DNA from: an uncultured delta proteobacterium
GTDB lineage: Bacteria; Desulfobacterota; RBG-13-43-22
NCBI GenBank assembly: GCA_963843145.1
Contig: CAWJJC010000022.1
Span: 352,001 to 416,000, forward strand
Length of the DNA stretch: 64,000 bases
Direction of reading: 5' to 3'
The notes beneath the pieces were generated by a model. The model did not search any database. It saw nothing but the letters and a program-made list of their open reading frames with translations, and was not told where the DNA came from. The translations under genes and the position numbers were made by a program. Positions 51,509 to 61,301 of the stretch are shown here, piece after piece. Position 1 is the first letter of the stretch, and each line of letters begins with the position of its first letter.

Positions 51509-53936
51509 TAGATTCCTCTCCATTAAATTTAAATTTACGAAACAATGACGGCGATCCCTTCAATAGAGGCAACTTGACAAAGAAAGACACTCCCTCGCCG
51601 GGCCGATTGTCGATTTCCACATTTCCATAATGGCGGGTCACGATTTTATGAACAATGGACAACCCCAACCCTGAACCGCTGGCTTTGGTGGTGAAGAAGG
51701 GGTTGAAGATATTATGCAGGAGTTCCGGGGGAATGCCTCCTCCGGTATCCCTGATTTCCACCGTCACCCAACCCGGATCCGATCCCTTGCTCAGTTCGGT
51801 CCGGATACCCAGGACCCCGCCGTGCGGCATGGCCTGGAGGGCGTTTAAGAAAAGGTTATAGAAGACATGACGGATCTGGCGTCCATCGCAGTACAGCCGG
51901 GGTAGGGGATTCAATTCCTTCTGGACCACAATCCGGCTTTCATCCAATTCCCGTCGGATGAGCTCCAGTGCCCCCTCGACGATCTGGTTCAAGTCTTCCT
52001 CTTTGAACTTGCCTTGGGTATCCTGCGAAAAATCCAAAATCTCGTTTAACGTTTTTTCCAGGCGTTCCACTTCATTAATAATGACTTGGAAATAGGTTTG
52101 AACCTGGGCGTCTCCCTGAAATTTCTTAAAAAGACGGCGGACAAAACCTCCGATGGAAACCAGCGGATTGCGGATTTCATGGGCCATCCCGGCGGCCATT
52201 TCCCCGAGGGCCATTAATTTTTCGGATTCCAAAAGACGTTCCTGGGCCGACTTCAACTCCTGATTGGTCTGTTCAATATATTCATAAAGTCGGGCATTCT
52301 CGATAGCCAACCCGGCCTGACGGGCCAGCATGGATAAAATTTGAAGATCTTCCTCCCTGATCGGATGCCGATTGAGGGAATTGTCCACGGAGATCACCCC
52401 GATCACCTTGTCTTTGGCAAAGATGGGTACCGAGGCAAAGGCATCGATGCCCAACCGTTCCACGAGGCCTTTGTTGGTGCGGGGGTCCTGTTGGGCCCCT
52501 TTAATTGAAAAAACCCGTCCTTCCAGCACAGTCTGGGCCAGAATTCCGTTCTCCTTGCTCAACGGAATGGCGATGGGCTGGAGCAGGCGGTCCAAGGCCA
52601 GGGCCTCGGCCGATACCTGGGAGGCCTTGGAAACCAGCAGTTGACTTAATCCCGTTCCGGAAGTGTCGGGCTTTTCTTTGGCTGAAACCGTTTCCAGTTC
52701 CTGGACCGATCCTTTAACGGCCTTCAGCCTTTTGCTTTCCTCATCCACCAATAGAAGAATCGCCCGATTGAACCCCAGGCCTTCTTTCAGGGTGATGGAT
52801 TCCAGGATAATCCGGAGCAGTTCCTCATAGGAGGCCGTGGTCATCATGGCGCTGTTGATTTGATAAAGGATCGACAGGCTTTTGACCATCATTTCGTTTT
52901 TTCGAGCCAGGGCCTCCAACTGCTGAAAAGTCAGGGCGTTTTCCAGGGAACTGGCGATGATATTGCCGATGGTGGAGAGGATGGACAGCTCGTCCTGGCT
53001 GAATTGGGCCTCGCCCTCCGTTTCCCTAGCCACCCGCCCATAGACGCATAAACGTCCTTGATAAGGCCCTTTAAAGTGCAGCGGGGCACACATCCAGGAA
53101 GTCGGAGCATTCTCTCCCCTGGAGCGGGCCTTGGGTTGCCTTTCCTCCGGGACGGCCGGGATGGGGGCTTTGGGAGTTTCCAGGGGTGAAATATAGGGCC
53201 CCTTTCCCTCGAGGATTTCCCGGGTTAAAACACCCTTGGTGAAAGGCGGGATGACTCCAAATTCGGCTTCGATTTTGACGGCCTGATCGGCCCCATTGGT
53301 AATAATCAGCGCCGACCCCCTGGCGTTGATCACCTGGGCGATAATGGCCACGGTTCGTTTAGCCAGATCTTCCAATTCCAGGGTGGAGCCGATGACTTTT
53401 CCCACCTGGTAGAGAACGCTTAACTCCGCAATCCGCTTCTTCGCTTCGGTATACACTCTTGAATTTCGGATCACCCCGGCCATTTCCCGGCAGACCATTT
53501 GGAGAATCTCCTGCTCCTCCTCTCCCTGGCCCTGCCCTTCCTGGGATAGCAGACAAAGCAGTCCGTATAAATAATTATCATCTTCCACCGGCCAGACCAG
53601 CAAGGAGGCATATCCCTTTAAAAAGGGTATTTTTAATATGTTTTTATGCTCCCGGCGGTTTAATCGGGGGATGAAGAGGAATCGCCGGCTTTTCAAACAG
53701 TCGGCAAAAGGGTTCTTTTCCAGGGGGATCGACCAGGTCGGCCGGGGGACCTCGCGGGGGCTGATACTTTTCAGTTCCAACCTGTCCTTGTTGGGATGCA
53801 GGAGTAAAAGTACCCCTTTTTGAATATCTCCCCGATGGGTTACTATCTCCAGAATACCCTGCAGGCGCTCGTCAAAATCAATGTTGGCGTTGGCGACCTG
53901 GATAACTTTTTTAATCGTTTGAATTCCGGATTCCAC
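51483..53936 (-). CDS. Multi-GAF sensor histidine kinase (NtrB-like)
   Basis: Cytoplasmic GAF repeats (AIENARLY), H-box AHEIRNPL, NALQAM, DTGGGI, FNPFFTTK, GSGLGL. Confidence 0.92.
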   Translation of the reverse strand: MESGIQTIKKVIQVANANIDFDERLQGILEIVTHRGDIQKGVLLLLHPNKDRLELKSISPREVPRPTWSIPLEKNPFADCLKSRRFLFIPRLNRREHKNILKIPFLKGYASLLVWPVEDDNYLYGLLCLLSQEGQGQGEEEQEILQMVCREMAGVIRNSRVYTEAKKRIAELSVLYQVGKVIGSTLELEDLAKRTVAIIAQVINARGSALIITNGADQAVKIEAEFGVIPPFTKGVLTREILEGKGPYISPLETPKAPIPAVPEERQPKARSRGENAPTSWMCAPLHFKGPYQGRLCVYGRVARETEGEAQFSQDELSILSTIGNIIASSLENALTFQQLEALARKNEMMVKSLSILYQINSAMMTTASYEELLRIILESITLKEGLGFNRAILLLVDEESKRLKAVKGSVQELETVSAKEKPDTSGTGLSQLLVSKASQVSAEALALDRLLQPIAIPLSKENGILAQTVLEGRVFSIKGAQQDPRTNKGLVERLGIDAFASVPIFAKDKVIGVISVDNSLNRHPIREEDLQILSMLARQAGLAIENARLYEYIEQTNQELKSAQERLLESEKLMALGEMAAGMAHEIRNPLVSIGGFVRRLFKKFQGDAQVQTYFQVIINEVERLEKTLNEILDFSQDTQGKFKEEDLNQIVEGALELIRRELDESRIVVQKELNPLPRLYCDGRQIRHVFYNLFLNALQAMPHGGVLGIRTELSKGSDPGWVTVEIRDTGGGIPPELLHNIFNPFFTTKASGSGLGLSIVHKIVTRHYGNVEIDNRPGEGVSFFVKLPLLKGSPSLFRKFKFNGEESNEKNSDRR

Positions 53937-53940
53937 GTGT

Positions 53941-55401
53941 CTAGCGGTTCCTCTTTATGGCGATCGCCTTCCGGTACAATTGTTGATAGGCCTCGGCGGA
54001 TTTGGCCCAGGAGAAATCCTGGGCCATGGCCCTTTGCATCAAACGAGTCCAGCGCGGTTTATCTCGAAAAAGGTTCAGTGCCCGTTGGATCGTCTGCCAA
54101 AACTTTTCGGGTTCATATTCTTTGAATTTAAAACCGGTCCCCTGTTCGGTGTGAGGATTATAGTCTTCCACGGTATCATCCAATCCGCCCACGGCCCGGA
54201 CGATGGGGATGGTCCCGTATTTGAGGGCGTACATTTGATCTAGACCGCAAGGTTCATAACGGGAGGGCATCAGTAAAATATCCGCCCCGCCCTGTATGAG
54301 ATGGGCCAGATTGTCCTGGTAATTCAATTCCAGTCCGATTTGTCCGGGGTATTTTTTCACCATTTCCAAAGCCCAGCTTTGATAATGGTCCACCCCTTGC
54401 CCCATCAAAATGACTTCCAGATCCAATTCCATTAACTTGGGGAAAACTTGACTGATTAAATCCAGACCTTTTCGGTCCAGCAATCTGGAAATAATGGCTA
54501 TAATAGGGGTTTCCGCTTTCTTTTTTAGCAGAAAAAGCCCCTGCAGGTGATTTTTGCAAACCTTTTTCTTGCCCAGATCGGCAGCGGAATAACGGGCCGG
54601 CAGCAAGGGATCGACGGAAGGATTCCAGACCTCATAATCCACCCCGTTAAGGACGGCGAAAAGGTCTTTCTCCCGATTTTTCAGCACTCCTTCCAACCCG
54701 AAGCCGTTTTCCGGGGTCAGAATTTCGTTCCGATAGGTTGGACTTACCGTGTTGATCAGGTCCGCGAAGATGATCCCGCCTTTCATCAAATTGATCTTTC
54801 CAAAAAATTCCAGGGCGTTGGGGGTGAAAAGTTCCCAACCTAACCCGGTGAGGTGCAGATCATAATGCCAGAACAGGCCCTGATACCCCAAATTATGAAT
54901 GGTGAACAGACTGGCCGTGGACGCTAATTCCTCCTCCTGGGTGTAAATCGTTTTTAAATAAACCGGGATCAATCCCGTCTGCCAGTCATGGCAGTGAATC
55001 AGGTCCGGCTTTAGTCCCAGGGACTTGCAAAGTTCCAGTGTGGCCCGGGAGAAAAAGATAAATCGTTCGGCATTGTCCTGATAATCCCCGTATTCATTAC
55101 CGTAAAGTCCCTCCCGATCATAGAGGTCATCCTGACCGATCAGGTATACCGGGATTTGATCTTTTAAAGAGGATTGATAGACCTGGGCCGTTTTCTTCAT
55201 CCAGGAAATGGGGACTTCCAGGGCCGTCTCCACGAGCTTCAGGGAAGGTTTATTGGGTGAGGGGAGTCGATACTTTGGGGTTACCACGATGATCTCATGG
55301 CCCAAACGTCCCAGATAAGATGGCAGTGACTGGGAAACATCGGCCAGGCCTCCGGCCCGGGAGAAGGGTAGGACCTCGGAAGTAACAAAGAGAATCTTCA
55401 T
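53941..55401 (-). CDS. glgA: Glycogen synthase
   Basis: MKILFVTSEV.P..RAGGLADV, IHCHDWQ, FTIHNL.YQG, MPSRYEPCGL. Confidence 0.93.
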   Translation of the reverse strand: MKILFVTSEVLPFSRAGGLADVSQSLPSYLGRLGHEIIVVTPKYRLPSPNKPSLKLVETALEVPISWMKKTAQVYQSSLKDQIPVYLIGQDDLYDREGLYGNEYGDYQDNAERFIFFSRATLELCKSLGLKPDLIHCHDWQTGLIPVYLKTIYTQEEELASTASLFTIHNLGYQGLFWHYDLHLTGLGWELFTPNALEFFGKINLMKGGIIFADLINTVSPTYRNEILTPENGFGLEGVLKNREKDLFAVLNGVDYEVWNPSVDPLLPARYSAADLGKKKVCKNHLQGLFLLKKKAETPIIAIISRLLDRKGLDLISQVFPKLMELDLEVILMGQGVDHYQSWALEMVKKYPGQIGLELNYQDNLAHLIQGGADILLMPSRYEPCGLDQMYALKYGTIPIVRAVGGLDDTVEDYNPHTEQGTGFKFKEYEPEKFWQTIQRALNLFRDKPRWTRLMQRAMAQDFSWAKSAEAYQQLYRKAIAIKRNR

Positions 55402-55411
55402 GGTTTCTCCA

Positions 55412-56410
55412 TCATAAAGTAACATCCCTCAAAAACTTGGCCGCGTCTTCGGGAGGGGTCGGGTTAATGTAAAAACCGGATCCCCATTCAAAACCGGCAA
55501 TGCGGGTCAGTTTAGGGACTATCTCGAAATGCCAATGGTAATACTCCTGGTGGTTTTCCTTAACCGGTGAGGTGTGGAGCATGAAATTATAGGGTCGTTT
55601 ATTCAGCGCCTTATCCAGGCGTTTCAGGGATTCCGAAAAAATTTCAGCCAGGGCGCGGTTTTGAGTCTCGGTGATCTGGGTGTAATCGGCGTTATGGATT
55701 TTGGGGATGATCCAGACCTCAAAGGGTTGGCGGGGGGCGAAAGGCGCGATAACCAGGAATTCATCATTTTCGCAAACCAGTCGGATCTTCTGTTCCTGTT
55801 CCTGGCGAAGGAGGTCGCAATACACGCAGCGATCCTTATAACTGAAATATTTTTTGGAGCCGTTCAATTCTTCGGAGGCAATCTCCGGGATAACCGGGAG
55901 GGCAATTAATTGGGAATGGCTGTGCTCCAGGGAGGCCCCGGCCGAACGCCCCTGGTTTTTAAAAATAAGGATGTAGCGGAAGCGGGGATCTTTCGACAGA
56001 TCCACAATGCGGTCACGATAGGCCCGGAGGACGTCCTGGAACCTTTCCAGGGGCATGGTGGAAAGGGTCTCCTCGTGATTAGGGGTTTCGATAATTACTT
56101 CGTGAGCCCCGATGCCATTCATTTTGTCATAAAGCCCGTCGCCCAGTTTTCCTAGGTTTCCCTCAATCACCAAGGCGGGGAACTTGTTCGCCACGACGCG
56201 CAAGGTCCATCCCGGGCTATTGGCTTCCCCCCCCGCCGGCCGAAAAGCAGCAATCTCCGGTGGGGTGGTCTTTTCATTCCCGGGATCGAAGGGACAAAAA
56301 CCGCCTTTTGCCGTTTCTTCTTCCGGGGCGAAATCAAATGGTCTCTTAGCCCTTTCCGTGGCTATAATCACCCATCGTCCCACAATGGGGTCTTTGCGTA
56401 ATTCGGGCAT
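55412..56410 (-). CDS. galT: Galactose-1-phosphate uridylyltransferase-family nucleotidyltransferase
   Basis: MPELRKDPI..RWVIIA.ERAKRP, CPFDPGNE, AGASLEHSHSQ (HxH), AGFEWGSG. Confidence 0.9.
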   Translation of the reverse strand: MPELRKDPIVGRWVIIATERAKRPFDFAPEEETAKGGFCPFDPGNEKTTPPEIAAFRPAGGEANSPGWTLRVVANKFPALVIEGNLGKLGDGLYDKMNGIGAHEVIIETPNHEETLSTMPLERFQDVLRAYRDRIVDLSKDPRFRYILIFKNQGRSAGASLEHSHSQLIALPVIPEIASEELNGSKKYFSYKDRCVYCDLLRQEQEQKIRLVCENDEFLVIAPFAPRQPFEVWIIPKIHNADYTQITETQNRALAEIFSESLKRLDKALNKRPYNFMLHTSPVKENHQEYYHWHFEIVPKLTRIAGFEWGSGFYINPTPPEDAAKFLRDVTL

Positions 56411-56725
56411 TGCCTCCTCCTGATTGAAAGGGAATGAACCGTAAGGCGGTTTTAGGCCCGGTCCTCTGAGCCGTAACGATTTTCACCCCATCCCGGTTCA
56501 CTCGATTTTCTGGAATCATATTAACACAATGCAATTTTATCATTCTTCCTCCTGAAAGTATATGCTAAAACCAGAGTTTTTCCACTTGACAGTCCGGCTG
56601 CTCCCGTTTAATAACAAATTCAGAGTCTTTTGATGAATCCTCGGCCGGCTCGGCCTCCTGGACGATTTAAGAACACGGGGGGGCCGGTTAGGACCTGAGG
56701 GAAATACAGAAAGGGGCGGATAACA

Positions 56726-57406
56726 TTGAGGGAACTTTTTAAAACCCTACCCAAGGCCTTCCTGTTTTTTCTAATAACCGCGGCGCTGTTTTCTTGTCGT
56801 TCCTTCCTGCCGGCCGAAAAAGTGGTCTCTGCCCCGCCGCCCCCTTTAAAGCAGGGATTGCCGTCCTCTTTGGCCGTTCCTCCCGAGGCCGCACCCGCGG
56901 AAGATATCCCTCCCCTGGAACCTCGAAAACCGGCCGCTGTCAGGAAGCCTCCTCTGCTCCCTCCTCCTTCGATCGCTCTCTCGGAAGAATGGTTGATCGT
57001 GATTAAAAAAGGGAAACGCAAGCTTAACCTTTACCGGGATTGCCGGCTGGTTAAAACGTTTCCCATTGATCTGGGGGAAAACCCCCAGGGCCCCAAGCTT
57101 TGTCAGGGAGATATGCGGACTCCCGAGGGCTTGTATCGAGTCATCGAAAAAAAAGATCGGGGACAGACCAAATATTTTATGGCCCTGCTCTTGGATTATC
57201 CCAACGAACAGGACCGGGTGAGGCATGATTTGGCGGTCAGGAAAGGAAAAATTCCATCCGAAGCCGGGCTCGGTGGGTCAATCGAAATACATGGGGAAGG
57301 TCGAGGAGAGGATTGGACCTATGGTTGCGTCGCCCTCTATAATCAGCATATGACCGAGCTTTTTAAAAACATTCCCCCCGGCACCCCGGTCTTGATTGAT
57401 CCATAA
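56726..57406 (+). CDS. L,D-transpeptidase (YkuD) lipoprotein
   Basis: Lipobox LFSC, Pro-rich linker, GD.RTPEG.Y, IEIHG...WTYGCVAL. Confidence 0.85.
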   Translation: MRELFKTLPKAFLFFLITAALFSCRSFLPAEKVVSAPPPPLKQGLPSSLAVPPEAAPAEDIPPLEPRKPAAVRKPPLLPPPSIALSEEWLIVIKKGKRKLNLYRDCRLVKTFPIDLGENPQGPKLCQGDMRTPEGLYRVIEKKDRGQTKYFMALLLDYPNEQDRVRHDLAVRKGKIPSEAGLGGSIEIHGEGRGEDWTYGCVALYNQHMTELFKNIPPGTPVLIDP

Positions 57407-57445
57407 ATTTCTTCCCCCATGGCCTTTTCTTAGGGTCCCTCTTGC

Positions 57446-57477
57446 TTGACTAAATAAGAAGAATGATTATCATTTCA
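57446..57477 (+). promoter_or_regulatory. sigma70 promoter overlapped by a Fur-like box
   Basis: TTGACT-16-TATCAT; palindrome AATGATTATCATT at 57462-57474. Confidence 0.55.
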
Positions 57478-57501
57478 ATAAATATGTTATTGGAGGGATA
57501 A

Positions 57502-57717
57502 ATGCCGATTTACGAATATAATTGTCTAGATTGTTCTAAGACCTTTGAAAAGATTGTTTGGAATACCGAGGAGAAAGAGGTATGTTGCCCTTATTGCCAG
57601 GGGAAAAATAACCTTCGTGTTCTTTCAGGTTTTTCCAAAGGGAGCGGGGGGATCAAAGGTATTTCGGCTGCTTCCAACTGTGGTCCCTCCAGCGGCGGGT
57701 TTTCCTGAGCCCATTAA
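57502..57717 (+). CDS. FmdB-family zinc-ribbon protein; UGA at 57706-57708 possibly Sec (ends 57708 if stop)
   Basis: MPIYEYNCLDC...CPYC...LSGF...SNCGPSSGGFS-UGA-AH-TAA; SECIS-like hairpin at 57720-57736. Confidence 0.85.
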
Positions 57718-57750
57718 ACAGGAACCGTGGGTTCCTAAGGAAAAACGACT

Positions 57751-57903
57751 ATGAAGACGGTAATTTGGATGGTGGTGATTTTTGGGGCCTGGTATTTAAT
57801 CAATCGCTGGATACTGCCTAAAATGGGGGTTCCTACCTGAATGGCCCCAAACTCCTGCCAGGTTCCTGGCCGGGACAATAAAGGGGCCGATAAACCGCTT
57901 TGA
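57751..57903 (+). CDS. Small membrane protein with in-frame UGA (candidate selenoprotein)
   Basis: AAGGA RBS; MKTVIWMVVIFGAWYLINRWILPKMGVPT-UGA-MAPNSCQVPGRDNKGADKPL*; SECIS-like hairpin at 57853-57875. Confidence 0.65.
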
Positions 57904-57919
57904 TGGATCCAGGGGGATT

Positions 57920-58516
57920 TTAGGGGGATGGTTGGGCTTGGTCCTTCTTGGGCCCCTGAGCATTGAACTCATTCATAGCCCGTTCAACGCCGTCCCGGAG
58001 TATCATTTCCAAGGCCAAGCCGGCTTCCTCCACCAGTTGTTCCATTTCCGCACGCCGGCTTGCCGGGATTGTTTCCAGCACGTATACTTCCGGCGGTTGA
58101 TCTCCGGGGGGGCGTCCTACACCCAGGCGTAGTCGGACAAAAACGTTGGTTTGCAGGTGTTCGATCAGGGAAAGGACCCCTCGGTGGCCCGCTGCTCCGC
58201 CTTTGGCTACGATCCGTATTCGGCCCCAGGCCAAATCCAAATCATCGTGGACCACCACCAACCGCTCGGGGCTGCTGTGAAAATAGCGAACCCAGTGACC
58301 GACCGCCACCCCGCTTAAATTCATATAGGTCTGGGGAAGAAGGAGGTGAACTTTATGTCCCTCAATGTTTCCCTGACCGAAAATACTTTGAAATTTTTTT
58401 TGATTTAACGAAATTCGATGATTCTGGGCCAGGGTTTCAATCACCCTGAAGCCCAGATTGTGGCGGGTAAATTGATATTTTCGACCTGGATTCCCTAAAC
58501 CGGCAATCAGGTACAC
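57920..58516 (-). CDS. pth: Peptidyl-tRNA hydrolase
   Basis: GLGNPG..Y..TRHNLGF, PQTYMNLSG, VHDDLDL, GHRGV. Confidence 0.96.
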   Translation of the reverse strand: MYLIAGLGNPGRKYQFTRHNLGFRVIETLAQNHRISLNQKKFQSIFGQGNIEGHKVHLLLPQTYMNLSGVAVGHWVRYFHSSPERLVVVHDDLDLAWGRIRIVAKGGAAGHRGVLSLIEHLQTNVFVRLRLGVGRPPGDQPPEVYVLETIPASRRAEMEQLVEEAGLALEMILRDGVERAMNEFNAQGPKKDQAQPSP

Positions 58517-58530
58517 GGACGCCGCTTCCC

Positions 58531-59178
58531 CTATTCTTCTTTAGGTTTACCCTTTTTGGAAACCACTTCCACCTCAGCCGCCCCGGCCGTCGCTTCCTCA
58601 GCCGCCTTTTCCTCTATGGGCGGAACGACGGTGATTATGGTGGTTTGGGGATCGTTCAAGACCTGGATTTCTTCAGGCAATTGAAGATCTCGTACATGGA
58701 TGGAATCCCCGATATCCAGTCCGCTGATATCCACTTCAATATATTCCGGAATATTTCGGGGCAGGCAGCGAATCTGCAGATCGCGCCGGGCTTCTTGCAG
58801 CATTCCCCCTTTTTCCACGCCCTTCGCCTTTCCCAGAATCCGCAGACCCACTTCCACCTCCAGTTCCTTGGTCAGGGAAACCTCATAAAAGTCCACATGG
58901 AGGAAAGCCCGGCTGACCGGGTCCTTCTGAAGTTCTTTGAGCATGGCCGTTCTTGATTCTTCCCGTCCCTCCCCTTTTAACTGCACCTGAAAGAAGAGAT
59001 TCTCGCCGGAATGTTTTTTAAATATCTTTTCCAAGTCCATTTGTCGGACATAAAGGGAAATGGGCTGGGTTTCAGGACCGTAAAAAACAGCCGGAATTTG
59101 TCCCGACCGGCGCAAGGTTCGGGCCGGCCCCTTCCCCGATTGATTTCGGATAAATGCTTCTACCTGAATTTGTTCCAT
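58531..59178 (-). CDS. rplY: 50S ribosomal protein L25/general stress protein Ctc
   Basis: GKGPAR.LRR.G.IPAVFYG, Q.DPV...LHVDF, IGDSIHVRDL. Confidence 0.95.
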   Translation of the reverse strand: MEQIQVEAFIRNQSGKGPARTLRRSGQIPAVFYGPETQPISLYVRQMDLEKIFKKHSGENLFFQVQLKGEGREESRTAMLKELQKDPVSRAFLHVDFYEVSLTKELEVEVGLRILGKAKGVEKGGMLQEARRDLQIRCLPRNIPEYIEVDISGLDIGDSIHVRDLQLPEEIQVLNDPQTTIITVVPPIEEKAAEEATAGAAEVEVVSKKGKPKEE

Positions 59179-59239
59179 GGTAACTCCTCATCTTTTTCCA
59201 GGCCCGGGCCTGCAACCTATTATTTTTTGTTTTAATTCG

Positions 59240-60181
59240 TTAGATAAATAAAGAACTGACCGAATCTTCCATATGGATCCGCTTGATGGCTTCCCCTAAC
59301 AAAGAGGAAACCGATAAGGCCTTAATCTTAGAACATTCTTTCGCCCGGGAGGAAAGGGGAATGGTATCGGTTACCACCAATTCATTTAGAGGAGAATTTT
59401 CGATTCGCTCCAAGGCCGGTCCGGATAAAACGGCATGGGTGGCGCAGGCAGAGATTCTTTTCGCCCCCGCTTCGGCCAAGGCCACCGCTGCTTTGGTCAG
59501 GGTCCCGGCCGTATCAACCATATCGTCCAGCAAAACGGCGTTCATGTCGTTGACCTGCCCGACGATATTCATCACTTCGGAGGAATTGGGACGGTCCCTT
59601 CTTTTATCGACGATGGCGAAATTGGCATTGAGTCGTTTGGCAAAGGCCCGGGCCCGTTCCGCCCCGCCCACATCCGGCGATACCAATACAATGTTGTTCA
59701 GAAAATGCTCCCGGATGTAATTGATCAGTATCGGGGCGGCGAAAAGATTGTCCACCGGAATGTTGAAGAAACCCTGAATCTGGCCGGCGTGGAGATCCAT
59801 GGTCAAAACCCGGCGGGTGCCGGCGGCCGTAATCAGGTCGGCCACGAGCTTGGCGCTGATGGGAACGCGAGGGGCCACCTTGCGGTCCTGCCGGGCATAC
59901 CCATAATAAGGCATAACCGCCGTGATCCGTCGCGCCGAAGCCCTCCGCAAGGCATCCATGATGATCAGCATTTCCATTAAATTGTCGTTGACCGGAGAAC
60001 AGGTGGACTGCATCACAAAAACGTCCTTCCCGCGGACGTTTTCCCCGATCTCCACAAAAATTTCCCCGTCACTGAATCGTCTGACCTGGACCAAGCCCAG
60101 CGGAATGCCCAAATAATCACAGATGCTTTCAGCCAATTGCGGGTTGGAATTGCCGGTAAAAAATTTTAACTGATCGTCCAT
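59240..60181 (-). CDS. prs: Ribose-phosphate pyrophosphokinase
   Basis: [44 protein letters not shown]. Confidence 0.97.
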   Translation of the reverse strand: MDDQLKFFTGNSNPQLAESICDYLGIPLGLVQVRRFSDGEIFVEIGENVRGKDVFVMQSTCSPVNDNLMEMLIIMDALRRASARRITAVMPYYGYARQDRKVAPRVPISAKLVADLITAAGTRRVLTMDLHAGQIQGFFNIPVDNLFAAPILINYIREHFLNNIVLVSPDVGGAERARAFAKRLNANFAIVDKRRDRPNSSEVMNIVGQVNDMNAVLLDDMVDTAGTLTKAAVALAEAGAKRISACATHAVLSGPALERIENSPLNELVVTDTIPLSSRAKECSKIKALSVSSLLGEAIKRIHMEDSVSSLFI

Positions 60182-60238
60182 GGTTTCCTTACATTCCGAC
60201 TCGATCCAGGGGTATTTAAGTGACGCCATATAAATAGT

Positions 60239-60313
60239 TGGCTGGGGTGGGAGGATTCGAACCTCCGAATGCGGGTTCCAAAGACCCGTGTCTTACCGCT
60301 TGACGACACCCCA
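60239..60313 (-). tRNA. tRNA-Gln(TTG)
   Basis: TGGGGTGTCGTCAAGCGGTAAGAC...CTTTGGA...GTTCGAATCC...CCCCAGCCA; canonical ispE-tRNA-Gln-prs position. Confidence 0.96.
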
Positions 60314-60348
60314 ATCGTTTTAAGCCAAACGGACTGTTCGGTATCCCG

Positions 60349-61206
60349 TTAAGGCAATCCCGGGGCAATGAAAACCTTGCCCCAAGTTCCCTTTCTTAAA
60401 TGATGAAAGGCCTCAACCGCCGCTCTTTTTTCCCTCCAAAGACCAAAAAACGTTGACCCGCTTCCGGTCATCAGGGCGCCGAGGCTTCCCTGAGCCAAAA
60501 GGGCATCTTTGATCCGAGCAAGGTGCGGATAATGGGCCAAGACCGCCTTTTCCAAATCATTTTCCAGAAAATCAGGCCCTAATCCGATCGGGCCTGTTTT
60601 TAAACTTTTAATGTTAGTATATTGTTTTTTTTCTGTCAACGGAATTTTAAGCTCCTGGTAAACCCATCGGGTAGCCAGCGGAAATCCGGGATATATCAGA
60701 ACATACCACCAGACCGGAAAATTCGGCAGCGGTTCCAAAATCTCCCCCCGTCCCCGAGCCAGTGAGGTTTGTCGGGTCAGGAAAAAAGGGATATCGGAAC
60801 CCAGGACACCGGCCAACTCAGTCAAACGTCCGGCTGAAACCGGCCCACCCAGGAAATCGTTTATCCCGGAAAGGATGGCGGCGGCATCACTGCTCCCCCC
60901 TCCCAGACCCGCGCCCAGAGGAATCCGTTTTTTTAAATAAATACGAAAAGATAAACGTTTTTTTCCTTCCTCCTCCAGCAGACGCACCGCCTGCCAAATC
61001 AAGTTTTTCTTCCCTTCCAGGTCGGGGAAACCAGGGCAGCGAATCTCCAGACCCTTGGCGGCCGGTTCGACCCGGATGATATCCCAAAGGCCGATCCGCT
61101 GCATGATGGTTTCAATTTCATGGAAACCGTCAGCCCGTTTCCCTAACACCTTTAAGCGGAGATTGACCTTGGCCGGGGCCTTTAATTGAAATCCAGGGAG
61201 AGACAA
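60349..61206 (-). CDS. ispE: 4-diphosphocytidyl-2-C-methyl-D-erythritol kinase
   Basis: APAKVNL, KRIPLGAGLGGGSSDAA, LGSDIPFF, MTGSGST. Confidence 0.96.
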   Translation of the reverse strand: MSLPGFQLKAPAKVNLRLKVLGKRADGFHEIETIMQRIGLWDIIRVEPAAKGLEIRCPGFPDLEGKKNLIWQAVRLLEEEGKKRLSFRIYLKKRIPLGAGLGGGSSDAAAILSGINDFLGGPVSAGRLTELAGVLGSDIPFFLTRQTSLARGRGEILEPLPNFPVWWYVLIYPGFPLATRWVYQELKIPLTEKKQYTNIKSLKTGPIGLGPDFLENDLEKAVLAHYPHLARIKDALLAQGSLGALMTGSGSTFFGLWREKRAAVEAFHHLRKGTWGKVFIAPGLP

Positions 61207-61252
61207 AGGAGTCCCCTTTTAATCGTTATAATAAAAGGGCGAAGAAGCAATT

Positions 61253-61284
61253 AAAAAGGGGGGCCGGTCTGCCCCCCTTTTTTT
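61253..61284. terminator. Terminator downstream of degQ
   Basis: AAAAAGGGGGGC-cggtct-GCCCCCCTTTTTTT. Confidence 0.8.
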
Positions 61285-61301
61285 AAGAAAATTATTTGAA
61301 T

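Noticed and set aside
56630-56700. GC-rich foldable leader before the L,D-transpeptidase
   Set aside because: No recognisable RNA family; pairing may reflect GC content
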